Below are positions 13,087 through 24,045 of a DNA stretch of 64,000 nucleotides, in pieces. The DNA is taken from NCBI GenBank assembly GCA_964106915.2, contig OZ066917.1. One strand, written 5' to 3'. The notes beneath the pieces were generated by a model. The model was not told the origin of the DNA. It ran no database searches and saw only the letters and a program-made list of their open reading frames with translations. The stretch's first letter is position 1, and each line of letters starts with the position of its first letter. The stretch comes from Podarcis gaigeae. Taxonomy: Eukaryota. The position numbers and the translations under genes were made by a program.

Positions 13087-14379
13087 ATTACATAGTGAGA
13101 TTCATGATAATGTTATCTAATCAGATGAAGTAAGATTCATGAACTTTAACTAATCAGATAATGAGTAGTTTACCAAAAAAAAAATCATTTATTTCTTTAA
13201 ATAATTTACTGTATATACCGCCCTTTGTACAAGCCACAGGCTGTTTACAATGAGGTCAGATGAGATAAAAGGAATACATAAGATCCACAGACAACACAGA
13301 CTTTAAAATACACAACTTATAATAACTCACTTACTAATACCTGCTATTTAACTATCTACACATTGATTGGTTTTTTATTTAAGACGTGGCAAAATATTTG
13401 GGTTACAATGGCTTATAGCCTATGTATAAATGTTTATATGCAAACAACATTCTATAGTGTTGAATTCATAGTAGTTATTGGAGAACTTAAAAAAACAACC
13501 TTGAACTTGCAATGGGACAAAGCTTTCTGGGACAAAGAAGAACTGTCCAGCAGTATATAGGAAGTGGATGTAAGCTCTTGTCTTCATTTGTATGAATAAA
13601 TCAAATAAATTATACAACCAAAAGGTTAACCAAATTATTTAAACATATGAGTGAAATCATTTGGGACCAATAAACCTATCTCAGTGATTAAACAAAAAAT
13701 TAGAAAGTTTTTCGAAGGTTATGTTGAGGTTTTTTATTTTGAATGTTTAATCCAAATAGGAAGAGATGGAAACATCTCTTGTGTGTTGTACATTTTCATA
13801 TTATATTATCTAAAAGAGGTGAAAACCTTTGCAAGTTAAGCATATTGCAGCTCCAAACATTAGACAACTGGCATTGGCACTACACTGTGTAAGGAATGTT
13901 ACTATGCAGCAAAATGCAGGTATGTAGGTGTGCCTGTGTAGGACAATCATGGCACATCACCTTTTGAAAAGCATAAAGCATTAAAGTCCAGAACCTTCTA
14001 GACAATCAGTTGTCTTGATTCAAAGGTAATAGTGTACTACAATACTTAGATTATACATGATAGATTTTGGAGGGGGTGGCAGCCTTGCTGTAGGGCAGTG
14101 TTGGAAATGTGGCTCTCTAATCTCTCTGTTGAGGCTTGCAGACTCTTCATACGCCACCCTCAGTCACTGGTCCTGCTCTTTGCCTTCTTCCTGCACTTTT
14201 ACATTTGCATGAACTCTGATCATGGTTCTTGCTTGCTAGAATGGAGGGTGGGGTGTGTGTGAGAAAGAGGCTTTTGTAAAGCAGGACTGTAGCCTTCTGT
14301 AAGAGTCACACCATGTCACATGCCACCATGTTACCTTCTCCCCTCTTGAACAGACAGGCAGCTTGGCTTTAACTTGCCA

Positions 14380-15072
14380 TGCTCCTTTGTTTCCCATATT
14401 CAGTCTTTGCCAAGTTGTGTCCTTTCTCCCTTCACAACATTGCAAGACATTGGAATACTGCCCTTTCCCATCTTCCCCCTCGACAAACACCCTGGACCTC
14501 TTTTGTGTACACTACTCTCTGGTCTTCTGTTATGTTGCTTCGGTCCCCTCGCATTTCTCCAGCACTCTGCTGCGAACATCATTTTTACTCATCTTGTTCC
14601 TCTGTTCACATGACCCCCTGCTTTAAAGCCCTATCCTGACTTCCTGTCTATTCCTGGATTCAACACATGCTCTTCATCTCAAAGACCTCCAGGCCTTATC
14701 TCTCCACTCTTTTATCCTAATACATCCCTGCCTGTGAACTTTGCTTTACCATTCTTCCCTGTCCAAAGCTATCCTGCCACATTTTCTCCCTTTGCTGCAA
14801 GTCACTTACTTCAAATCGCTCATGAAAACCCACCTTTTCCATAAAGCAGAACCCATAACTCCCATGCCCTATTAGAAACTGAATGCATAACTAAGTCTAA
14901 GCACGTCCCATTAAAACCTGCACTTTGCTCTTTTATTTAGTATCCTGCCTCCGGTTTCTGTTTCCCTTGTATTGAAGTTTAGATTGTAAGTACTTCAGGA
15001 TATGGAACTGTTCTCTTGTATTCTGTCGAACACTGAGCACACTCTCTGATGGTGCTACACAAATAAATGAAT
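14380..15072 (+). mobile_element. Old L2 LINE, RT C-terminal region to 3' end
   Basis: Frame-shifted peptides SHIQSL, FSLHNIAR, LQHSAANIIF, HMTPCFKALS*LPV match L2 ORF2; 3' UTR TAGATTGTAAG...AAATAAATGAAT. Confidence 0.8.
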
Positions 15073-17188
15073 AGATCAATAGGACAACATCAAGCTGTAC
15101 TTCCAGCCACACTACAATACTTTTTCCTTGTGGTCTTGGACATAAATTACAAAGTAATATTCTGGTTCTCTGCCACAAAATTATAGGCCTAAAAATCACT
15201 AAAATTCAAGACCCAGTAAATGAAACTATTCTTTCTTGTCATCCCTGAGGACCACAATGTTATTACAACAAAAAGGAAACAGAGATTTAGGACATATTGG
15301 TTCTATGCCTAATCTTCAAAAACTATTTATGTATTTTATAAAAAAGCAAATCACCTAAGGGTTGTCTCTCTTTGAAATGTAGTTGCTAAATTTAGTCAGT
15401 GGGAAAATATGCTTGCAATATTCCTATTCTATATAACCTAGAAATATCGGATTATTTTCATTTTTTATTGTCTAAATTCATATTCTACAAGCCATGGTTT
15501 GGATTTAGTGTAACCTTTGCAGTTATATTTCAATTTAAAAAGGAAAAAAAAAGAAAAGGAGGTGTTTCTCCAGGCTTGATACACAGACCACTTACTGTAG
15601 TCCCTTCTATGCATCACTAACCTCCTGTTCCTGTGAGGCTTGTTTAAGCTGCAGTTTCACAAATGGGGGTTTTCAGTTTTTCCTACTGCAGCTAAAGCCA
15701 CATTATAAACATAGAACTTGGTTTTAACCCCACCCCCCGTAAAAAAAAACCACTGAAAATACTTCGCTTTTCCTAAACTTGGGGAAAATATCATTCCCCT
15801 ACCCACAATTCCACTTGTATAGTACAGCAGAGTGAGTGTTCTTCTTTTTTCTAGATAGTCATTATAATCTTTACTCTTAAGATATTAGCGAATTAGAGAA
15901 ATGAGAATTAAATTCTGTGTCTTGTATTTATTCACATAGCTGGTAAAGAGCAGTCATTGGAGACGCAAGCTTCTTGTAATAGCTTCTGGCATTTTTCAGC
16001 TTTTATATGTGAGAGGAATTTTTCAATTTCCAGTCTTTGGCCTTTCTGATGAAACTGCTCACTAGGGTGCTTACTGTAGCAATTCTGTATTGTCTTTGTT
16101 TAATACAGACACCTGTCCCTAAGGAACCAAGTGGATTTCAATTGCTTATTATATACAGCCCACTGAGCAGACATCCAGTGGTGATTTTTGCTCAGCACTA
16201 GTTTCAACTTTTTTTAAAGAAATGGTAACTATATTTTTAAGAAGCAGTACCCTCCAGACCTGATTGACAATGCTATAACAGGCCAAATCTTGAGGGTATT
16301 CACAATTGAATATAGTATCTTGCTGATGACTATGGATTTCTGATCCCAAATTCCCACATACAATAATACCATATCAATATATAGACACGTCCAGCAAACT
16401 TCTAACCATTTTCCTCAGCTGAGGAAACCATTTTTCTAACCATTTTTCTGTTTTGATATATTAAAAAAAATCTACAAAGTACTCCTTAAATGAGGTGAGA
16501 CTCAACCTATGCAATATTTTAACAACCATCTCACTAAAACAGGGAATCTCTTCCATCTATTCTTCTTCTACATTGCTTTAAGAATATAGTTCTTATCTAC
16601 CTTACGGGTAACACTTTAACTTCATTAAGGCTTAATAGGCGCCTGCAATACCATGGCAGGTGTGGTTTTCAAAGTATTTTGACTTTCAGTAATGTTCATC
16701 ACATCAATTATGTAGGATCATAGAAGAGCCGTCTTACCTGGTTGAAAGTTGCTCATATATTAGATAAGGGAGTTGCTCTATGAATCTTCCTTTCTCCTTT
16801 CCCCCACTACTGAGTAGGAGTCTTTATCCAACTCATTACTATCAAAGTAGACCAATCCAAATTAGACCATAGCATAAATTATCTCACAGGATTGCTGCAA
16901 GACTGAAAATGTCAGCTAAGAAGATCAGGAGGAAGGAACTGGACAAAACAGCGGTCAACTGCCAAGGGGATTCGGATATTTAACTTGGCACATCTTGCCT
17001 GAGAATCTTCTGCTATTCTATTCTATTTAATGCAACAAATAATTTTAGTAGCCGTGGCCGTGGTTTTACTGTATGTCTGTGCCGGATGATTTCATGGTTA
17101 TTCTCTGCCCCCCCCCCCCCGTTTTTTGTTGTTGGAATTGGAACTGGACTAAAAATGTCTCTCTAGGCCTCCAAGAATGATCAGGATC

Positions 17189-17788
17189 TGTTGGCCTCCG
17201 TCTATCTTGGGAGACAATGGAAGGGTGCGCCTTCAGGGGTAAAGTAGTGCAGAGCTGTTCTGCCAACCGACCTAGTGCCTGAAACCAGCTCCTCATAAAG
17301 CATGCCCTTGGGGATTTGTCATCTTCTGTTCTGTGTGCATGACCAAGCCAAGGTAGACATCACTGAGGCAGAAGTGCAAACATGCTGCGAATGTGGGTTT
17401 GGGAGAGCACATCTTTATTTGAGATGATGTCCTGCTATGCCCAAAATCTTCCTGTGATGCAGAACATATGGAATACATTGAGGTGTCACTCCTGGTGGGT
17501 GTGAGTTGCCCACAACTCACTTCCATAAAGCAGCATGCTCAACACACAAGCCTGGTAAACCTTCATCTTGGTATTGGTTGTTAGCATCACATTCTCCCAT
17601 ACCCTTTTGGAGAGGCGAGCCACTGCCATAGCTGCATTGCCAATACACTTGTCCAGCTGAGCATTGATGGAAAAGTTGCTGGTTATGGTGGAGCTCAGGT
17701 AGACAAAATAGCTTACCACCTCAAGCATGTGGTCACCAATGCCAATTCAGAGAGCGCTGGCGACATCCTGAGTCTAGATGTTGGTCTT
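17189..17788 (-). mobile_element. RTE-clade LINE fragment (post-RT region and 3' end, internally deleted)
   Basis: ORF LEVVSYFVYLSSTIT...RLSKRVWEN...TKMKVYQACVLSMLLYGSELW is a typical RTE ORF segment; 3' end CATTGTCTCCCAAGATAGACGGAGGCCAACA. Confidence 0.9.
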
Positions 17789-18132
17789 GTGGGGAAATAC
17801 AACAACAGATCCAGAAGGAAGAATGGTCGACACTGTCTATTTTACTACTGTGGGTGAACAGGAGAGAGTTGGGGGGGGGGGAATTAAAAATTGCTCAGGT
17901 TTGGGAGCCAAGTGCCATTCGGAGGAACAGGGGGCAGAGGCAGGCCTGCTCTGAGCACAGCCATAATGGGCAAAAGGTTGCACAATGGAGGAGCAAATGT
18001 AGGGAATGGAGTAGAGTGGTCAGTTTGCCTCCCATCCATTTCCTCCCATATGACCCTTCCTAGCACGCAGTAAGAAGTGCCCAAAGTCCCACTAGGAACT
18101 TTGGTGCCTAAATGAGTCCTTTGGTGTAAACA
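17788..18132 (-). mobile_element. Possible solo LTR
   Basis: TG...CA bounded ~345-bp segment of distinct composition abutting the RTE; minus-strand end ...GTTGTTGTATTTCCCCACA is U5-like. No TSD found. Confidence 0.3.
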
Positions 18133-19745
18133 TGCCATTTTAAAATGGAGTCTATAGCTAGAAATGGTTTAAGAATTGCATCACAATATAAAGAACAGTA
18201 GGATTTAAACAAACAGGATCATATCCACAAAAAGGAACAGGGTAGCTAATAACTGATGTTCTCCCCCCACCCCAATCCTTTCTATAATTTAAATTTGGTC
18301 TAAATGACAAATCAATTAAACTTTCATATTTGCATTAAAGGTTCATGGAGCAGCCAGTCTGAATTACTTTTAAAGCTGCATAGAGGGCTCCCTTACATAC
18401 ATAAAATGAAAGCATATGGAGAAGAATTGATCTCAGGGAAAGGAGATTCCCATATGGTATAAAAGCAAGGAATTTCTTCATAGATTGAAATATGGATCAT
18501 CTTTTAAAACAAATCCAAATTGCAGATGGTGAAGCTCAGACTGAAATGGAAAAGATTCCTTGTTATACCAGTGGAGCAAAGCATATGTTCCATATAAATG
18601 CTATAAATAGTAGCAACTGGATAATCCTGTGGGACGTGTCTGCATAAAGAAAGCAGCAATAGCAATAGCCAATATATATGCGCGCATTTCCCCCCTCCTC
18701 CCCCTGCCTATATCCATCTAGTGGCAGCATATTTTTCTGCTTATGATATGTGCTAAAATCCAATGTTTGGTTCAAAATAAAGCTAATTTGCATTGGCATA
18801 GAGACTTAACTCACTGGTGTATTATTACTGTGTAAGCAGGTGTAGAAGCAACTGCAAATAAATGCTTGCTGATGGAATCCCAGCAGGGTTTCTGATGAGT
18901 TTTCGTTTTGTTGAACCTTACCAAGGAAATTACTGCGTAAAAAGCTTTGCTATTAGTTCTTTGCCTGAAAAAATCATTTAGCTACACCTGGCCAGATTCA
19001 TGGCAATTATACTAACTATGCATAGAGGCCATACCAAAAAACTCATCCACCTTTTTAAGCCATGGCCTGAAATCTGTCAGTGTAACAGTAGAAAATGACA
19101 CAACTAAGCTATGAATAATAAAAAAGCAAATGCACATAAAGGGGGGAGGGAAATGGAATTTAAACTAGAATCTATGTAACGGCCAATATTTAAAGTGTGA
19201 ATTGTTTACAATTGTTTATTTATTTATTTCAAATAATGTGTAGTGCTTAATCTTTTGTAATGGTTTAAAATGGCTAAAAGTATATGTAAATAGAAATGCT
19301 ATGATAAAATGTCTCATTAATAGCTTAAAAATATAGGTGTGCAACACACACCTGGCACTATAATCCAAATTCACAAGTTAGCTTTGAGCTATCTTAGTGA
19401 AAAAGATTCAAAATGGGTACTAAAATTGTTTAGAAAATGAACCTGTCTCATGGTAAAAAGATCCAGGGGTAATAAATCAGAACTATTATTTTGATTTCCT
19501 TTATAGTGATGACAATGGCAATGCAACCCGTTAGCACAAAGAAAACATAAACAACAGGAGTATTCAGACTGTACTGATTTTGAATGCAAGTGTTTATCTT
19601 GACAAAAATATCCCTAAGCATAGAAGATATACTTAAAAAAGAGCGTTTATGAATTTTCCTTTACTCCATATGAGTTTGCCTTCAGAAGATCCATCCTTCT
19701 TGCTCTGATCTGCAAAGTTTTCACACCTGTTTTCATGGATTTCTA

Positions 19746-19825
19746 CACGATCCTATGCATGCTTACTTGGAAGTAAATCCTACTAAATCCAATGGGGCTC
19801 ATTGCCATGTAAGTGCACATGGGCC
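19746..19825. repeat. ~85-bp imperfect-palindromic squamate repeat family
   Basis: CAATCCTATGCA...GAAGTAA.TCC...AATGGGGCT pattern; related copies at about 6390-6475, 41766-41845, 49166-49253, 53834-53905. Confidence 0.6.
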
Positions 19826-20098
19826 CTTAAGATATCAAAGCTGCATTTTTAACTGAAGATAGAGTAATCAAAATGTAGGTATCATAACCCTTTAGTCACA
19901 TGACTGCTTAGAATGTGACAGCTGCCACACGCTGCAAAGATTCTAATCTTTATAGTGTTGACATGATTTATGTATGGCACCACATCAGGCTATATTCATC
20001 TAGAAACACAACAAAATTGCAAAGTATGTATCTGGGTAACCCCCATGCAATAGGTTTCTTCCTTCTTCCTTCCTAAGATAAAAATAGCAAATACATTA

Positions 20099-20167
20099 CA
20101 GTGGTACCTTGGGTTACAAACACTTCGGGTTACTGAGTCCGCTAACCCGGAAGTAGTGCCTCGGTTA
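20099..20167 (+). mobile_element. Truncated Tc1/mariner MITE (left end only)
   Basis: TA|CAGTGGTACCTTGGGTTACA...TCCGCTAACCCGGAAGTAGT aligns to the left ends of 49536 and 57480 copies. Confidence 0.8.
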
Positions 20168-21503
20168 TGGCTTAATTTCTAAGTACCAGCTATGGAGTCA
20201 TCTTGTCTGAAAATCATACTTGGGCACTCTAAAAGGAGGCTCTTTCCCTGTCCATAGATTTGTTTTTAAATTGATTTGTTTTTAAAAGAGGAGATAATGG
20301 CACTCTGCACATATGGAATGGCATGCTACTCCAAATAAGTGCTGTACATTCTGGTGAAAACTGTAAGGTTAAAAATGGCAGCCCTACCAAGCAAAAATGT
20401 GGCCGGCTACCACTGCTTTCAAACCACTTTCATTCTAAAAGGCAGTGGAATGCTGAATTCTTAAAAAACAATGTAAACATTGCACCAGTCCCTAACTCAG
20501 CAGCATAGGTGGTAGCAATTTACATACATTTGATTGAAAGCAAATGTCTCTGAATAAGGCAAATATGTATTAATAGGAACACCCCACAGAAAATGTTATT
20601 TCTGTTTTTAACCTAGATCAGGTATATGAGTTTAATTGATAGATCCAGACAATAATATGGAATTCAGTCTTTTATGCTAATGACCAATTAAGTTAATGGG
20701 GTTATTTAACAGCTACTTTGGTGCAAATGATTTGAATATTCAATGATGATAGTGGGAATAGCTCCCTAGAGAGCAAATATGAATACTAAGAGCACAATTC
20801 TATCTATAGGTTATATTCTGTCTATAGGTTATACCTTATGATCAGCATAGAACCATTGCTAAATTTCCCTTCAGAATAAAATTAGACACTAGCATAATTA
20901 ATTTATGTCTGTGGCAATCTACCAGCAGTGGAATTACTTATCTACCACTGGAGAACTACCAGTGTAATAGGAAAAATCCAGGCAGAGCTGGGGTGTGGCA
21001 GGTGAGGAATATGTTTTAATCAGAATCTTATCCGCATTCAGGGCCCTGACCAGACCCCTGATGATGGAATAGTGTTGTGCTTACAAAATAGTAGTCTAAG
21101 TGAAAAAGCAATCTAATGTGATCCAAGTATAAACAGCATCAGAACACTGCATATCCTACTTCCTTACATTTCTCTGTCCCCTTGTCTTTTCCTGGCAATA
21201 TGCATTGTTGTGGGAAGGGCATGAACTGTTGGGAATCTGAAGTGACATGCCCACATGGCAGAAGTTGTCCCCAGTTCCAGTCAGCACCCAAAGGCACCTT
21301 AAGGGCCAAAATAATTTACCGTACTACTGCTGAAGATAAGGCTTCTGTAACACAGTACTGGATGTTGACATATATACAGATAGAGATATATCCATACAAG
21401 GTATTTCTGTTGCTCCAGCAATTCAAGACGTAACACAGAGTCTGACTCACTTCTCAAGACTCACTGGCTGACTAATGAGCTGACATTCCTTAATCACTTA
21501 TAT

Positions 21504-21639
21504 CAGGCATAGGCAAACTCAGCCCTCCAGATGTTTTGGGACTACAACTCTCATCATCCCTAGCTAACAAGACCAGTGATCAGGGATGATGAGAGTTGTA
21601 GTTCCAAAACATCTGTAGGGCCGAGTTTGCCTATGCCTG
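21504..21639. mobile_element. hAT-type palindromic MITE, intact, with 8-bp TSD
   Basis: TIR CAGGCATAGGCAAACTC/GAGTTTGCCTATGCCTG extending inward almost to the centre; exact TSD ACTTATAT at 21496-21503 and 21640-21647. Confidence 0.95.
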
Positions 21640-23856
21640 ACTTATATAGATGGCACTGGGCAGTTGCCATAGTAATTGGGTTCACTGACCTTGCACCTGT
21701 TGGCTTATCTCATACTCATGATTTGTACTCATGAAGGAAATTAACCCCTTCCTCTATGTCCAATTCCTCCAACATGAACTGAGTTCTGTGAAGTCATTGT
21801 GGCATCCCTGCCATTGCCAAGGACACATTGTCTGGTAGCGTTGTTGTGTTATCTTTTGTTCCTAGCCGTTATTTTGCTTTGCTACTAAGAATGCACAAGA
21901 TCATAATTATGTGATGTTAAGTGTTCATTCTGGTACAGTTTTTGCTGACTTCATAAATCATAGGATTGGTATCCACAAAACCTTCTATATCCTTCTGTAT
22001 TATCTGAATTTACATTACTATGAGATTCTGAAATACTGAGCACTTTACTTATATACATCAACTTACATGTATTAGAAACCGAATTGTGTCCATTATCAAG
22101 CATAAAAAGATCCTTAATGTTCATATATCCTTTCCAAGCAACATCTTCATTTAGGGGAGATAGGATATGATTTATTTATGAAAAGAGTTTAAAAATGCTT
22201 CTATTTAATTTCTTGCCTATATCACGGACTTGCTCCAAATCCCTCTTCTTCAAACTAAAACTCATTTTTATTCTCTCTTGCTGTAATTAGGAAGACAAGG
22301 TATATTTTAGACCTTAGAGTATTGTTTTAATTTTCCCACACAGTATTTAAACCACTTACACTGACACCTTTCAGAGTCTATTTCTCTTATTTAAAAGTCC
22401 CCTGTGGTTGTTCCTTGTCTCTCAAGTGAGCATTATCTTAGATTTACTACTATCTGTGTAACACCAGAGAAAAGGAAGATGCAGCCATACTCTGTCAGTG
22501 CCAAACAATGGCTGCCATTGTTCTTGGTCTTCCTGCATGGGTTATTGCTGTTGTATACAGCTAAGTTAAAAATGTGCAAAGAAATAAAATTAGAGTTCTG
22601 CATTAGTCCACCTGCAATGCCCAAAACCTTAGCTGAGTTTCCTGAGTTTCTCCAAATATGCAAATCCCAAGCTGGAAGGCTAACACCAATCAAACTGGTT
22701 CCCACTGTGTAGCTTTGAACTATTTTAAATATTCCTGTCATGTTGCATTTCACATAACACTACCACTACTCATGAAATACATTTAGACATTTCTGAGCTG
22801 AATGTAATAGATGTGATGATATGAAATTAGGAACTGTTTGGAACACTTGCTGCCTAGAATAACTGTTCTTGGTGATACTGGATCAGAAATATACAAATTA
22901 AATAAATTTCTCTGTGTGACTGCCTGGCTCACGCAGATCATGGTAAAGGACACAAAACATTATTTTCACCAATATAATATTTTTCTGATGAACTATCCTG
23001 TTAGTAAAGTTGCTTGGCCTGAAAATAATCACCTGTCTCTTTTTAAAATAGCTCTATTTTGCCTGTGTGGCTGTCTGCAACAAGTAATATCCCATCCACG
23101 CACTGCAATTTGCTTCTTAAATGGAAGTTGTTTGCTTTATTTATTTATAACCTCCATAAAAGACACTTAAAGGAAAGCATTTTTGCATTAAGTCATCTTC
23201 CGCCTCCAACAATATCACTTTCTTACCCATCAACATCTGGAGGACATATATCTAATAATTTCCATGCTGTTTCCCCCCCCAAATAGTTTATTTACATAAA
23301 TTCTCAAATTACAAAGTATTCCTTAACTCATGCATTAATCTTGTCAAATATTGTGTTTCATGTGCCGTATTAGTATGATGCTAGGAACATCCACAGTTAT
23401 CTCATAAACCATTTCCATGCTTTGAAGAAGCATCAAGGCAATGTGTTGATCCAAATGTACTACTGCATGTATTAAGGGCCTTCTACGTATTAAGGGCCTC
23501 TTCTGATGGTGGAAGGGGCATGGATCTAGTAGAGGATTCTGCAAACGGACGTCAGAGGCATGATTTTCACCACCACCACCACCACCCCACTTTACTCAGC
23601 TATGCCCCATGATTTTTCAACCCTGCAGAGCAAATTTTTGAGGGACTCGGGGGAGCTTAGACTTCAGAGCACACCACTCACAGAACTCTGGATCCACCCC
23701 AGTGTATGCAAATCCTTCTGCTGTGGTCCAAACACGATTTCCAGTGCTATTGGTCCTCTGACCACAGGCAAGCTGCAACAGTCAGCTCAGAAGCAACACA
23801 GAATAGTAGTACAGTTTGTTTCTCAAACTGGTGTGGGAATTCCCTGAGGGCAGGGG

Positions 23857-24045
23857 AAGGATCATAGCTCAACAGAAGAACATCTACTTTGCAAGCATAA
23901 GGTCACAAATTAAATCCCCATCTTCTCCAAGTAGGGCTGGAAGTTTCCCCGTCTGAAACCCTGTTGAGTTGCTGTCAGTCAGTGTAGACAATACTGAGCT
24001 AGATGGATGACCTGACTCAGTAGAAAACAGCCTCCTATGTTCCTA
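23857..24045 (+). mobile_element. tRNA-derived SINE, Squam3-type
   Basis: TAGCTCA A-box, decayed B-box, body CAGTCAGTGTAGACAATACTGAGCTAGATGG and tail CTATGTTCCTA. Confidence 0.85.

Noticed and set aside
18892-18935. Second hammerhead starting at CTGATGAG
   Set aside because: No helix II closed by G-C before a GAAA and no helix I; likewise for CTGATGA/CTGAAGA hits near 6885, 24239 and 43977.
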